A stretch of DNA of 64,000 nt from an uncultured Bacilli bacterium (lineage in GTDB: Bacteria > Bacillota_I > Bacilli_A > RF39 > UBA660): positions 26,990-90,989 of the forward strand of contig CAKOPC010000002.1 in the NCBI GenBank assembly GCA_934098705.1, read 5' to 3'. Below the pieces are notes generated by a model that saw only the letters and a list, made by a program, of their open reading frames with translations, was not told where the DNA came from and did no database searches. The position numbers were made by a program, and so were the translations under genes. Below are positions 11,128-21,112 of the stretch, in pieces (position 1 is the stretch's first letter; the number at the start of each line of letters is the position of its first letter).

Positions 11128-11417
11128 TATTCAAATACACCCCCAACCTCTATATAATCAGCCATCTTTTTAGGGGCATTTAATAAAACATCATCAACAC
11201 TTAACATATCTTCTGCTTTATCATCCCTTAAAGCACATATATTATCATTAGGACTTATTAAACGATTACAATCTTCAACATCAACATCCTTTATTTTATC
11301 AACTTCATCTAAAATTTCTTTTAATTTAATAGCATACTCATCTATTTCATCATCTGTTAATTCTAATCTTGCAAGATTTGCAACATGTAAGACTTCCTCT
11401 TTTGTTAACTTTTCCAT
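11127..11417 (-). CDS. gatC: Glutamyl-tRNA(Gln) amidotransferase subunit C
   Basis: 96 aa, MEKLTKEEVLHVANLARLELTDDE, typical GatC; first gene of the gatCAB operon. Confidence 0.85.
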   Translation of the reverse strand: MEKLTKEEVLHVANLARLELTDDEIDEYAIKLKEILDEVDKIKDVDVEDCNRLISPNDNICALRDDKAEDMLSVDDVLLNAPKKMADYIEVGGVFE

Positions 11418-11558
11418 ATAACATCCTCCGTCCTATATATTATATAATAAATTAAGCCTAGATACAAGAAATAGTTTATTTATAACAATTTGTATTTTGT
11501 ACTCTATGCTAAACAAAAAAGTATTTTTAACCTATTTTGTTTAGTTAGAAATACTTTT

Positions 11559-12542
11559 TTAAAATAATGAATTTTGATGAAATTTATTAAAATATTTATA
11601 AGCTTCTTCAGTTGCAATTCTACCTCTTGATGTTCTTTTAATAAAGCCAATACTTATTAGATATGGTTCATACATATCTTCTATTGTAGATACTTCTTCT
11701 CCAACTGATGTTGCAAGAGTATCAATACCAACAGGTCCACCATTAAACTTATCTATAATTGTAAGTATTAATTCTTTATCTGTTTCATCAAGTCCTATTT
11801 GGTCTATTTTTAATCTATCAAGTGCCTTTCTTGTTATATCTAAATCGATTATACCTTCTCCTTCAACTAAAGCAAAATCTCTTACTCTTTTAAACAGCTT
11901 ATTAGCAATTCTTGGTGTTCCTCTGCTTCTTTTGGCAAGTTCTCTTGATGCTTCTTCATCTATTTCTGTTTGAAGCACTTTACTTGTTCTATTAATAATT
12001 AAAACAAGTTCATCTTCTGTGTAATATCTAAGTTTATTAACAATACCAAATCTATCACGAAGCGGACTTGATAAATCTCCTGCCCTTGTTGTTGCTCCAA
12101 CTAAAGTAAATGGTGGTAAATCTATTTTTATATTTCTTGTTGAACCTTCATTTCCAATAATTAAATCAATCGTAAAATCTTCCATAGCAGGATATAATAT
12201 TTCTTCGATAAATTTTGGCATACGATGTATTTCATCAATAAATAAAACATCCCCAGCTTCAAGGTTTGAAAGTATGGCAGCAAGATCTCCACTTTTTTCA
12301 ATCGAAGGTCCACTAGCTGTTTTTATACCAACTCCTAATTCATTAGCAATAATATACGCCATAGTTGTTTTTCCAAGTCCTGGAGGTCCATAAAGAAGTA
12401 CATGGTCTAAACTTTCCTCTCTTTTTTTTGCAGCCTCTATAAAAACCTTCATATTTTCTTTAACTTCTGTTTGACCTATATATTCATCCAACTTGGAAGG
12501 CCTTATATTAGTTTCAAATTCTTCTTTATCCATATTTATCAA
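11559..12542 (-). CDS. ruvB: Holliday junction branch migration helicase RuvB
   Basis: 327 aa. Walker [10 protein letters not shown], Walker B LFIDEIHR, sensor-1/arginine finger region; immediately downstream of ruvA. Confidence 0.95.
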   Translation of the reverse strand: MINMDKEEFETNIRPSKLDEYIGQTEVKENMKVFIEAAKKREESLDHVLLYGPPGLGKTTMAYIIANELGVGIKTASGPSIEKSGDLAAILSNLEAGDVLFIDEIHRMPKFIEEILYPAMEDFTIDLIIGNEGSTRNIKIDLPPFTLVGATTRAGDLSSPLRDRFGIVNKLRYYTEDELVLIINRTSKVLQTEIDEEASRELAKRSRGTPRIANKLFKRVRDFALVEGEGIIDLDITRKALDRLKIDQIGLDETDKELILTIIDKFNGGPVGIDTLATSVGEEVSTIEDMYEPYLISIGFIKRTSRGRIATEEAYKYFNKFHQNSLF

Positions 12543-12546
12543 ATCC

Positions 12547-13107
12547 TTACTTTAATAATAGTTTTAAAGCTTCTTTTACTTGTTCCTCAATAGGTTTTGA
12601 AGCATCAACTTTATTTATTACACTCTTAAATTCTTTTTCTTTATAACCAAGTCCTTTTAATACTTCACATAATTCTTCAAGTGTATCATTTTGTGTTATA
12701 TCTCCCGAAATATTAAGTTTTCCTTTTAAATCTAATATTATCTGCCTAGCTACTTTCTCCCCAATTTTAGGAAATTTTTTTAAATATAAAATATTTTCCC
12801 TATTTATAGCATCAACAATACCTGATATACTACCTGTTGCCAGCATAGGAAGTGCCATTTTAGGTCCTACTCCTTTAACACTTATAAGCTTTAAAAATAA
12901 TTCTTTTTCTAAAGCTTCCTTAAAACCAAATAAACTATGTTCATCTTCTCTTATATGTTCATATAAATAAACTTTATATTCTTTTCCAATTTCAAATGAA
13001 TAAGGGTTAGGAACATTTATAAAATATCCAATACCTGAGCATTCCAAAGTAATGAAACTGCCCTCTCCTTCTGTTACTTTTCCTATTATATAATTATACA
13101 CAAGCAA
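12547..13107 (-). CDS. ruvA: Holliday junction DNA-binding protein RuvA
   Basis: 186 aa. N-terminal OB-like domain ([11 protein letters not shown]...), tandem HhH motifs (GVGPKMAL; [10 protein letters not shown]), C-terminal RuvB-interacting domain. Confidence 0.9.
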   Translation of the reverse strand: MLVYNYIIGKVTEGEGSFITLECSGIGYFINVPNPYSFEIGKEYKVYLYEHIREDEHSLFGFKEALEKELFLKLISVKGVGPKMALPMLATGSISGIVDAINRENILYLKKFPKIGEKVARQIILDLKGKLNISGDITQNDTLEELCEVLKGLGYKEKEFKSVINKVDASKPIEEQVKEALKLLLK

Positions 13108-13202
13108 AAACTCCTCTCACTTATAAATTATATGGTAATTCTAGGCAAAAGTAAAGCGAACAAAGACATTTTTAAGCATATAATATTTTTGATGAAAATT
13201 CC

Positions 13203-13231
13203 TTGACAATAGCAAAATTTTGTACTATTAT
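13203..13231 (+). promoter_or_regulatory. Sigma-A-type promoter (-35 TTGACA, 17-bp spacer, -10 TATTAT)
   Basis: TTGACA at 13203-13208, 17-nt spacer, TATTAT at 13226-13231; followed by RBS AAGGAGG (13247-13253) and ATG at 13257. Confidence 0.5.
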
Positions 13232-13256
13232 TTTAGGAAGAAAAAGAAGGAGGAAT

Positions 13257-13535
13257 ATGGTTATGACAATGGATGAGAGAATGTATTATAAAGATCATTT
13301 AAAAAACCTTGAAGATGAAATAACAAATCTTTCAAGTAATTTAACACCTAGTTTAAGTGATGAAATATTACTAGTTGAAAAAAAGATAGAATTTGAAAAA
13401 ATATTAATAGAAATAGAGGTAAAACAAAATAAAACTGTTTCTAAAAGTACTGAAGAAGAGCTTTTATACTTAATTGAAAAAGAAAGAATACTAAAGGAAA
13501 CAAAAGGATTTATATTACAAAAAAAACTAGATTAA
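13257..13535 (+). CDS. Small hypothetical charged / coiled-coil-type protein
   Basis: 92 aa from ATG 13257 (MVMTMDERMYYKDHLKNLEDE...), with a good RBS and promoter upstream. The longer ORF-track start at 13203 would contain the promoter and is unlikely to be real. Confidence 0.45.
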   Translation: MVMTMDERMYYKDHLKNLEDEITNLSSNLTPSLSDEILLVEKKIEFEKILIEIEVKQNKTVSKSTEEELLYLIEKERILKETKGFILQKKLD

Positions 13536-13577
13536 TGATATCAAACTATTAGAGTTCATATCATTATCTAGCTTTTT

Positions 13578-13817
13578 TTATATCATATTATCAATATCAG
13601 GCACCTTATCATTTACAATAGTACTTATAATTTTATCTTCTTTCTCTTTTGATACTTCTTTACCTGTTATTAAGCTAAGCTTTTTTATAACATTTCTTAA
13701 AGCATCTTCATTTTTCATATTACTATCTTGAAGTGTTTTAGCAAGGTCAAGTATTGTATCTTTTGATACACTTGTCTTCTTTTCTATTTTTTTAAATAAG
13801 TTATCAGTTATTTTCAT
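13578..13817 (-). CDS. Small SpoVIF-like protein (stage VI sporulation protein F family), tentative
   Basis: 79 aa; FKKIEKKTSVSKDTILDLAKTLQDSN...KEKEDKIISTIVN resembles the SpoVIF/YjcC family as recalled from memory; not verified by a search. Confidence 0.35.
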   Translation of the reverse strand: MKITDNLFKKIEKKTSVSKDTILDLAKTLQDSNMKNEDALRNVIKKLSLITGKEVSKEKEDKIISTIVNDKVPDIDNMI

Positions 13818-13865
13818 AAAGTAAAAAATCCTCCTAACATATTATATGTTAAAAGGATTTTTTGG

Positions 13866-15179
13866 TTATAATAAATCATTTTTATTTTTAAATTCTAAAA
13901 TAATTGGTGTCCCTGTAAATGAAAAGGCTTCCCTTATTTTATTTTCTAAGTATCTTTCATATGAAAAATGTACTAATGTTTTATCATTTACATGGAATGT
14001 GAATTTTGGAGGTTTAACACCTGACTGGTGTACGTACGAAATTTTAAGTCTTCTTCCTTTATAACTTGGTGCTATATTAAGGTCATAAGCTTCTCTTACA
14101 ACATCATTTAAAGTGCTTGTTTTAACCTCTTTAGTAATTGACTCTTTAACAAGAGCTACACTTTGCATGATAGTATTTATTCTAAGTTTTAAAAGAGCTG
14201 ATACAAAAACTACTGGAACGTAATCTAAGAATTTAAATTCTTCTCTTATTTCTTTAGTAAACTTTTTCATATCTTCTTCTTTATTGTTTACAACATCCCA
14301 CTTATTAACAACAATTATTATACCTTTTCCAGCATCTTTAGCATAACCTGCGATATGTTTATCATGTTCTATAATACCTTCTTCTCTATTTATAACAAGA
14401 AGACATATATCACTTCTTTCAATAGCTCTTGTTGTTCTAAGAAGACTATATTTTTCTATATTTTCATATATTTTGCCTTTTTTTCTAAGTCCTGCGGTGT
14501 CTATAAGTACATAATCTTCTTTATTATATTTAAAGTTTATATCAACCGCATCACGTGTTGTACCTGCAACATCACTAACAATTAATCTATCTTCATTAAG
14601 TAGGGCATTAACTAAACTACTTTTTCCAACATTTGGTCTTCCAATAACACATACCTTACATGCTACTATATCATCTTCTTCATAAAGATTAAAGCCTTTT
14701 ACAACCTCATCTAAAAGATCAAGTAACCCTCTATTATTAGCTCCTGAAACATTTATAAAGGTATAAGCACCAAGTTCATAAAAATCATATAAATTATCAC
14801 TTGCTTCCTTACAATCAGTTTTATTTATAGCAACAATAACTTCTTTATTTGATTTTCTTAACATATCTCTAACAACAAAATCATTTTTAGTTAATCCATC
14901 TTTTCCATCTACAACAAAAATAATTTTATCAGCTTCAAGTATTCCAATAGAAACTTGTGTTTTAATGCTATCATTAAAAAGATCCTTTTCTATATCTATA
15001 CCACCAGTATCTATAAGATTAAATTTATATCCTTTATAATTTACTTCTCCATATATTCTATCTCTTGTAACTCCTGGAGTATCTTCAATTATAGATATTT
15101 TTTTACCCACTAAAGCATTAAATATAGTACTTTTTCCAACATTTGGTCTTCCTACTATACAAACAGTTGGTATTTTCAT
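13866..15179 (-). CDS. der: Ribosome-associated GTPase Der/EngA (tandem GTPase domains + KH-like domain)
   Basis: 437 aa; two G domains (GRPNVGKST...DTGG, and GRPNVGKSS...DTAG...NKWD) plus a C-terminal KH-like domain. Confidence 0.9.
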   Translation of the reverse strand: MKIPTVCIVGRPNVGKSTIFNALVGKKISIIEDTPGVTRDRIYGEVNYKGYKFNLIDTGGIDIEKDLFNDSIKTQVSIGILEADKIIFVVDGKDGLTKNDFVVRDMLRKSNKEVIVAINKTDCKEASDNLYDFYELGAYTFINVSGANNRGLLDLLDEVVKGFNLYEEDDIVACKVCVIGRPNVGKSSLVNALLNEDRLIVSDVAGTTRDAVDINFKYNKEDYVLIDTAGLRKKGKIYENIEKYSLLRTTRAIERSDICLLVINREEGIIEHDKHIAGYAKDAGKGIIIVVNKWDVVNNKEEDMKKFTKEIREEFKFLDYVPVVFVSALLKLRINTIMQSVALVKESITKEVKTSTLNDVVREAYDLNIAPSYKGRRLKISYVHQSGVKPPKFTFHVNDKTLVHFSYERYLENKIREAFSFTGTPIILEFKNKNDLL

Positions 15180-15208
15180 AAAAATCCCCTCCTTATAATA
15201 CTTTTAAA

Positions 15209-15231
15209 GAATTAGGATATATTCCTAATTC
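15209..15231 (-). terminator. Candidate intrinsic terminator downstream of tig
   Basis: Perfect 9-bp inverted repeat GAATTAGGA / TCCTAATTC with a 5-nt loop, between the tig stop (15237) and der start (15179); moderately U-rich 3' flank on the minus strand. Confidence 0.4.
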
Positions 15232-15236
15232 TTATA

Positions 15237-16499
15237 TTATTTATTATTTTCCTTTAAAAATTCAATTACTTTTTTGATTTCTACTTCATATTTCATAGAT
15301 TCTAATCCACCTATTGCTTTTAAGAAATCTTCTTTTTTCATACCATAACTTTTAGCAGTTGTATCTGCTTCTTTTTCTGCTTCTTCATCTGTTACAGTAA
15401 TGTTTTCTAATGATTTAATTTCTTCAAGAATAAATCTATATTTTATACGTTTTAATGCTTCAGGCTTCATTTGTTCTTTTAACTTTTCTTCATTTGTTTT
15501 TGTAACTTCATAGTAGTATTTAATATCCATACCTTGCATTCTTAATTGTTCATTAAATTGTTCTACCATATGATGTAATTCATGTTCTACTAATTCTTCT
15601 GGTATATCAACTTCTGTTGATTTTTCTATTTCTTCAAGTAAAGCATCAACAAATTTATTTTCAGCTTCTACTTCTTTAGAACCTTTTAATGACTCTTCAA
15701 CATTTTTTCTAAGAGATGCTTCATCTTTAACACCTTCAAGTGCTAAATCAGCAAAGAAATCTTCATCAAGTGTTCTTTCTATTTTTTCTTTTATTTCATT
15801 TACTTTAACTTTAAATGTTGCGTCTTGGCCTTTTAAATCATTACTTGGATAATCATCTGGGAATTTAACATTTATTTCCTTTTCTTCTCCCTTTTTCATA
15901 CCAACAAGTTGATCTTCAAATCCTGGTATAAAACTTCCTGAACCTATTTCTAATGAATAATTAGAAGCTTTACCACCTTCAAATGCCTTACCATCTTTAA
16001 ATCCTTCAAAATCAATTATAGCGATATTTCCCTTATCTACTGCTCCATCTTCTTTTACTTTAATTTCACTATATCTTTTAAGCATATTATTAATTTCAGC
16101 ATCAACTTCTTCTTTTAATACTTTAACATCTTCTTGTTTTATTTTTAAACCCTTATATTTTTTAATATTAACAGAAGGTTTAGTTGTAATAGTAAATTTA
16201 AAAGTACAACCATCACTTGTTATTGATGTTAAGTCAACAGAAGGTTCAATAATTGGTTCATATTTATTAGTATCAAGTGCTCTTTTATAAGCATCTGGTA
16301 ATAATATATCTACTGTATCCATATATAAAGATTCTTTTCCAAATTTCTTTAAATATACATCTTTTGGTACATGACCTTTTCTAAAACCATCAACAGAGGC
16401 TGTCTTAATTTTTTTATCTAAAGCCTTTTCCATTGCTTTATCAAATTCATCTTTTTCTATTTTAATTTCTACTTCAAATACGTTTTGTTTTTTTTCCAT
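15237..16499 (-). CDS. tig: Trigger factor (ribosome-associated chaperone / PPIase)
   Basis: 420 aa. N-terminal ribosome-binding domain, central FKBP-type PPIase region (GFRKGHVP...IPGFEDQLVGMKKGEEKE), acidic C-terminal arm domain. Confidence 0.9.
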   Translation of the reverse strand: MEKKQNVFEVEIKIEKDEFDKAMEKALDKKIKTASVDGFRKGHVPKDVYLKKFGKESLYMDTVDILLPDAYKRALDTNKYEPIIEPSVDLTSITSDGCTFKFTITTKPSVNIKKYKGLKIKQEDVKVLKEEVDAEINNMLKRYSEIKVKEDGAVDKGNIAIIDFEGFKDGKAFEGGKASNYSLEIGSGSFIPGFEDQLVGMKKGEEKEINVKFPDDYPSNDLKGQDATFKVKVNEIKEKIERTLDEDFFADLALEGVKDEASLRKNVEESLKGSKEVEAENKFVDALLEEIEKSTEVDIPEELVEHELHHMVEQFNEQLRMQGMDIKYYYEVTKTNEEKLKEQMKPEALKRIKYRFILEEIKSLENITVTDEEAEKEADTTAKSYGMKKEDFLKAIGGLESMKYEVEIKKVIEFLKENNK

Positions 16500-16602
16500 A
16501 ATAGTATCCTTCCTTTCAACAATGTATATTATAAACTAAAATGTTTATTTATACAAGAAAAAGTTACAAAATAAAAATAAATAGCATAAACTATTTACTT
16601 TG

Positions 16603-17199
16603 TTAAGATGTAACTTGTTGGGCATCAATTTTTATTTTAAAGAAAGCTTGCTTTTCAAGTAAAGCCTCTTTTTCTGTATCACTAAGACTACCAAAATTAA
16701 ACCATAATCTTAAGTTATATGTTTTTTCAGCATCTTTATCTATTACATCTTGATAGATTATTCTATTGTTCTCAGTAATAGAAACAGGTGTTTTAGAAAC
16801 TCCATCAACTGTTACATTACCTCTTAAATACTTTGTTAATAAAGCATTACTATTAGTAACTGAAGTATCATCTAATAATTTTATTTCATAATATGCTTTA
16901 TCTGTACCTATATTTGTTATTTTAAAAGCATAATAACTAGTACTTGCCATACCTATTGCATCTGTTGCTTCCCCAATTTCTAAAGTACTTAAACCACTAC
17001 TTACTTCAGTAAATTTAAGAGCAATACTACCAACCTTTATAACTTGTTTTTTACTAGATTCTAAAACTGTATTAAATATAGCAAAACTTGCCCCAATAAC
17101 GATTGCAATAACTCCTATCATTGACAAAAGTATTGATATTTTAATACCTATATTTTTCTTATCAAAAGAAAATCTCATAGCAAAAACACCTACTTTCAT
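16603..17199 (-). CDS. Hypothetical membrane-anchored protein
   Basis: 198 aa with an N-terminal TM helix (ISILLSMIGVIAIVIGASFAIF) and an extracytoplasmic beta-rich domain; no motif recognised. Confidence 0.4.
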   Translation of the reverse strand: MKVGVFAMRFSFDKKNIGIKISILLSMIGVIAIVIGASFAIFNTVLESSKKQVIKVGSIALKFTEVSSGLSTLEIGEATDAIGMASTSYYAFKITNIGTDKAYYEIKLLDDTSVTNSNALLTKYLRGNVTVDGVSKTPVSITENNRIIYQDVIDKDAEKTYNLRLWFNFGSLSDTEKEALLEKQAFFKIKIDAQQVTS

Positions 17200-17257
17200 A
17201 TCCTATATATAAAGTATAACTAATTTTTAAAACTTTTACAAGTAATTTATTATATTT

Positions 17258-17268
17258 TGTGATATAAT
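17258..17268 (+). promoter_or_regulatory. Extended -10 element (TGaTATAAT) upstream of murT
   Basis: TGATATAAT at 17260-17268, 24 nt upstream of the murT ATG, with RBS AAGGAG at 17279-17284. No well-spaced -35 found. Confidence 0.3.
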
Positions 17269-17292
17269 TTTTTTATAAAGGAGATTTGAAGT

Positions 17293-18630
17293 ATGAAAAG
17301 GATAAAAAAGTTTTTTAGTATCTTAATTGGAAAAGTAACACTTTTTTTATGTAAATTAATAGGCAGAGGAAGTTCAACTCCAGGTGTTATAGCGTATAAA
17401 TTTAATAAAAATATTTTAAATGATTTTATATTACCTAAAAATATAATTGTTGTAACAGGATCATCTGGTAAAGGTTCAACAACAAAGATGATAAATGATG
17501 TTTATAAAGATTTAGGATTTAAAGTAGCATATAATAGTAAGGGTTCAAATCAGCTTGGAGCAATTATTACAACTTTAATTGAAAACTGTAACATGAAAGG
17601 TTATGTAAATAGTGATGTATGTGTATTTGAACTTGATGAAAGAAGCTGTAAATATGTTATTCCTTATATCAAACCAACAAGTATTGTAATAACAAATATA
17701 ACAAGAGATCAACCCCCTCGTCAAAGACACTTTGACTTTATATATAATGAAATTGAAAAATCATTAATTAAAGGTTGTAATCTTATAATAAATGGGGATG
17801 ATCCCTATTTACAAAAGTTTGCCTTAGAAAATAAATATAACTGTTTATATTATGGAGTTAGTAAAAACAAATATTCTTATAACGATGAAAAGTTTAACAG
17901 TTTAAATATTTATAGATGTCCTAAATGTTTAAAAAAGTTAGACTACAACTATTATAATTTTGAAACACTTGGAGATTATAAATGTCCTTCATGTGATTTT
18001 AAAAGACCAAAAATAAATTATGAAGTAACAGTAATAGATTATGATAAGTTTGAAATCAAAATAAATAATAAATATAAAGTAAATATAAATAATAACATGC
18101 TATTTAATATATATAATACTATATCAGCATTTGCATGTTTAGCATTTAATAAACTAGACTGTAATAGAATAGCTAAAAGTATGTCTAAAATAGCACTTAA
18201 TAAAAAGTTATTTAATGAGTATAAATATAAAAATAGAAATGTATATGTTTTAAACAATAAAGCAGAAAATGCCTCTACCTATAACCAATCTGTTTTCTAT
18301 ACATCACAAAATAAAAACACCAAAACTTTAGTTTTAGGGTGGATGGAAATATCAAGAAGATATAACTTTGATGATTTATCTTGGCTTTATGATATTGATT
18401 TTGAACTATTAAATGATGGAAGCGTAGATAAAATAATTTGTTGTGGTCCTCAAAAATATGACATAGCGTTAAGAATGAAATATGCTGGTTTTGATGAAGA
18501 TAAAATTAAAGTATTTTATGATTTATATGATGCCGAAGAGGAAATAAAAAATTCAAATGGTGATATTTATGCCATATTAAACTTTGACTATGTAAAACCA
18601 TTTAATGATATTATGGAGGAAGATATATGA
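17293..18630 (+). CDS. murT: Lipid II isoglutaminyl synthase subunit MurT (Mur ligase family + DUF1727)
   Basis: 445 aa. Mur-ligase ATP-binding loop GSSGKGSTT, a Cys4 zinc ribbon (CPKC...CPSC), C-terminal DUF1727-like region; stop overlaps the start of the gatD-like gene (ATGA). Confidence 0.8.
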   Translation: MKRIKKFFSILIGKVTLFLCKLIGRGSSTPGVIAYKFNKNILNDFILPKNIIVVTGSSGKGSTTKMINDVYKDLGFKVAYNSKGSNQLGAIITTLIENCNMKGYVNSDVCVFELDERSCKYVIPYIKPTSIVITNITRDQPPRQRHFDFIYNEIEKSLIKGCNLIINGDDPYLQKFALENKYNCLYYGVSKNKYSYNDEKFNSLNIYRCPKCLKKLDYNYYNFETLGDYKCPSCDFKRPKINYEVTVIDYDKFEIKINNKYKVNINNNMLFNIYNTISAFACLAFNKLDCNRIAKSMSKIALNKKLFNEYKYKNRNVYVLNNKAENASTYNQSVFYTSQNKNTKTLVLGWMEISRRYNFDDLSWLYDIDFELLNDGSVDKIICCGPQKYDIALRMKYAGFDEDKIKVFYDLYDAEEEIKNSNGDIYAILNFDYVKPFNDIMEEDI

Positions 18631-19301
18631 ATATAGTAGTGGGACACTTATATTATGACCTTATGAACCTTTACGGAGATAATGGTAATATAAAAGTATT
18701 AAAATATAATCTTGAAAAACAAGGAATAAATGTAACAATTAAAAAATTATCACTTGATGATAAAATAGATTTTAATAAACTAGACATGATTTATATGGGT
18801 AGTGGAACTGAAGAAAATAGAAAAATTGTATTAGATAACATCTTAAAATATAAAAATAATATAAATAAATTTTATAAAGATAATAAATTCTTACTTGTAA
18901 CAGGAAATTCATTATCTTTATTTGGAAACTATATAATAGATAAAGATGGTAATAAAAAAGATGCTTTAAAACTATTTAACTTTTATACTAAAGAGAAAGA
19001 GGAAAGAGATGTAAAAGAAGTAAATATTCCTTGTACTTTTCTAAAAGATAACCTACTTGGCTTTATTAATAAACAAGATAATATGTATAAAAATGATAAA
19101 ATACTAGAATATGGTATATATAAAAATAACTTTTATGGTACTTATATTCTTGGTCCTATACTTGCAAGAAATCCAGAGTTTACACAGTACTTTATAACTA
19201 ATCTAATTAAAACAAAAGATAAAGATTTTATATTTAAAGACTTTAATACATCACTTGATGAAGAAGCATATTTAGATTATATTGCATTTAAAAATAGTTA
19301 A
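18627..19301 (+). CDS. gatD: Lipid II isoglutaminyl synthase glutaminase subunit GatD (CobB/CobQ-like class I glutamine amidotransferase)
   Basis: 224 aa, translationally coupled to murT; size and position fit the MurT/GatD peptidoglycan iso-glutamate amidation pair. Confidence 0.7.
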   Translation: MNIVVGHLYYDLMNLYGDNGNIKVLKYNLEKQGINVTIKKLSLDDKIDFNKLDMIYMGSGTEENRKIVLDNILKYKNNINKFYKDNKFLLVTGNSLSLFGNYIIDKDGNKKDALKLFNFYTKEKEERDVKEVNIPCTFLKDNLLGFINKQDNMYKNDKILEYGIYKNNFYGTYILGPILARNPEFTQYFITNLIKTKDKDFIFKDFNTSLDEEAYLDYIAFKNS

Positions 19302-19325
19302 CAAAAGGTTAACTATTATTTTTTT
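19295..19325. terminator. Bidirectional intrinsic terminator between convergent gatD and a membrane protein gene
   Basis: 8-bp stem TAGTTAAC / GTTAACTA with a 5-nt loop, followed by TTATTTTTTT; lies in the 14-bp gap between convergent stops. Confidence 0.5.
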
Positions 19326-19999
19326 ATATTAATCCTTGGAAAGGCTCTAATAAGTCTACGATGAAATTTAAAGCTTAAAAGTTCTTGCCTTATCTTACTA
19401 TTTATTTCATTACTAGAATCTTTTTTTATTAAAGTAACTTTCTTAGTAAATTTACTAATTATAAAAAATGACACTATATAATCAGTAACAAATATTATAA
19501 AAAGTATTAAAGCTGATATATTAAGATATAAAGCAGGAATTTTATATAAAATATCTAACACAAAGGGATTTATATAATATAAAAGTAAAACTCCAAGTAT
19601 ACCAAAGCAAAAAGAATTACGAAGACATACCCTTCCATTTACATTTAATACCCTATTTGAATAATCCCACCATCTAGTTTTAAATAATCTTTCCATAATG
19701 TAACTTGTTATATATTCCAAAATACTGCAAAGTAAAAAAGCCATAGCAAAAAGAACAATTACATCTTTGTTATATCTTTTTAAAACAATTATCATAAATA
19801 AAGCAGATACTCCATATATAGGACAAATTGGCCCAATTAAAAAACCTCTATCAGCCACTATTTTATAATATATAGAACAAGCAGCTGTTTCAATTATCCA
19901 TCCTAAAAAAGAATAAATTATAAAAAGTAAAAACAAAATTATTATATCGTACATAAATATCAACTCTTCCAAATAAATATTAAAAATAAAAGCAAACAT
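19316..19999 (-). CDS. Hypothetical polytopic membrane protein
   Basis: 227 aa, ~6 hydrophobic helices across the whole length; no motif recognised. Confidence 0.4.
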   Translation of the reverse strand: MFAFIFNIYLEELIFMYDIIILFLLFIIYSFLGWIIETAACSIYYKIVADRGFLIGPICPIYGVSALFMIIVLKRYNKDVIVLFAMAFLLCSILEYITSYIMERLFKTRWWDYSNRVLNVNGRVCLRNSFCFGILGVLLLYYINPFVLDILYKIPALYLNISALILFIIFVTDYIVSFFIISKFTKKVTLIKKDSSNEINSKIRQELLSFKFHRRLIRAFPRINIKK

Positions 20000-20017
20000 A
20001 AAGTCTGCTTAAAATTT

Positions 20018-21112
20018 TTAGAAATTTTTATGTTGTAAAAATCTTGGTATATCTATCTCACTTGGTTCAAAATTTCCGCCTTGACTTCCGTCATCATCAT
20101 CTGTATCATCTAAAGTAGTATCTCTTCTTGTTTGTGTTGTTACTCCCTCTTTATATAAATTGCCTGCATTTTTCTTCTTGTCAAAACCCGTTGCAATAAT
20201 AGTTACAATAACTTCATCATTTAAATTTTCATTAATTACAGAACCAAATATAATATTAATATCTGTATTAGATGCAGCACGTACAACTTCAACTGCTTGT
20301 TCTGCCTCAAATAATGTAAGATTTGCCCCTCCTGTTATATTAATAATAGCATCTGTTGCTCCATGAATTGATGTTTCAAGAAGTGGAGATGAAACAGCTT
20401 GTCTTGCAGCTTCAATAGCTCTTTCTTCACCCATGCCAATACCAATACCAATAATAGCATTACCTGCTTTTTCCATGACTGTTCTAATGTCTGAAAAATC
20501 AAGGTTAACAAGTCCAACAACTGCAATTAAATCAGATATTGACTGTACGCCACGAAGAAGTACATTATCAACCTCTTTAAAGGCATCAAGCATTGGTGTT
20601 GATTTATCAATTATTTCTCTTAATCTATCATTTGGAATAACAATTAAAGTATCAACATGTTTTTTTAACTCTTCAATACCATATGTTGCATTATCCATTC
20701 TCTTTTTACCTTCAAATGAGAAAGGACGTGTTACAATACCAACAGTTAGAGCACCTTGATTTTGAGCTATTTCCGCTATTATTGGAGCAGCACCAGTTCC
20801 TGTTCCACCGCCCATTCCGCAAGTTATAAATACCATGTCAGCTCCTTTTAGAGCCTCTTCTATTTCCTTTTTGGCTTTTATAGCAGTTTCTTTTCCAATT
20901 TCAGGACGTGCTCCCGCACCAAGACCTGTTCCTAACTGAATCTTTTTCTCTGCTTTTGAAGCTGTTAAAACTTGTGAATCTGTATTTACAACAATAAATT
21001 CAACCCCTCTTACACCAGCATCAATCATTCGGTTAACAGCGTTACCACCGCCGCCTCCTACTCCAACAACTTTAATTTTTGCTAACTGATCCATCATCGA
21101 TAAATCAAACAT
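20018..21112 (-). CDS. ftsZ: Cell division GTPase FtsZ
   Basis: 364 aa. Tubulin signature [24 protein letters not shown]-terminal motif, acidic disordered C-terminal tail. Confidence 0.95.
   Translation of the reverse strand: MFDLSMMDQLAKIKVVGVGGGGGNAVNRMIDAGVRGVEFIVVNTDSQVLTASKAEKKIQLGTGLGAGARPEIGKETAIKAKKEIEEALKGADMVFITCGMGGGTGTGAAPIIAEIAQNQGALTVGIVTRPFSFEGKKRMDNATYGIEELKKHVDTLIVIPNDRLREIIDKSTPMLDAFKEVDNVLLRGVQSISDLIAVVGLVNLDFSDIRTVMEKAGNAIIGIGIGMGEERAIEAARQAVSSPLLETSIHGATDAIINITGGANLTLFEAEQAVEVVRAASNTDINIIFGSVINENLNDEVIVTIIATGFDKKKNAGNLYKEGVTTQTRRDTTLDDTDDDDGSQGGNFEPSEIDIPRFLQHKNF

Noticed and set aside
10934-11173. 79-aa ORF antisense to the gatA 5' end
   Set aside because: Embedded in the conserved gatA/gatC junction; shadow ORF.
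11509-11544. Inverted repeat CTAAACAAAA / TTTTGTTTAG between ruvB and gatC, considered as a ruvB terminator
   Set aside because: On the coding (minus) strand the hairpin is not followed by a U-tract; it could still be a regulatory or processing element, but I cannot support a terminator call.
13203-13256. Upstream extension of the small plus-strand ORF (ORF-track start at 13203)
   Set aside because: The extension would translate through its own -35/-10 promoter and RBS; the start at ATG 13257 with AAGGAGG is preferred.
13846-14064. 72-aa plus-strand ORF inside der
   Set aside because: Antisense to the der GTPase gene; no RBS.
14355-14585. 76-aa plus-strand ORF inside der
   Set aside because: Antisense shadow ORF with low-complexity F/I/Y composition.
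18039-18257. 72-aa minus-strand ORF inside murT
   Set aside because: Antisense to murT; Leu/Ile/Phe-rich artefact.
20160-20759. Three small ORFs (20160..20366 +, 20335..20526 -, 20433..20759 +) within ftsZ
   Set aside because: All overlap ftsZ; the minus-strand one is an out-of-frame internal ORF and the plus-strand ones are antisense. Produced by the GC-richer, stop-poor ftsZ coding region.
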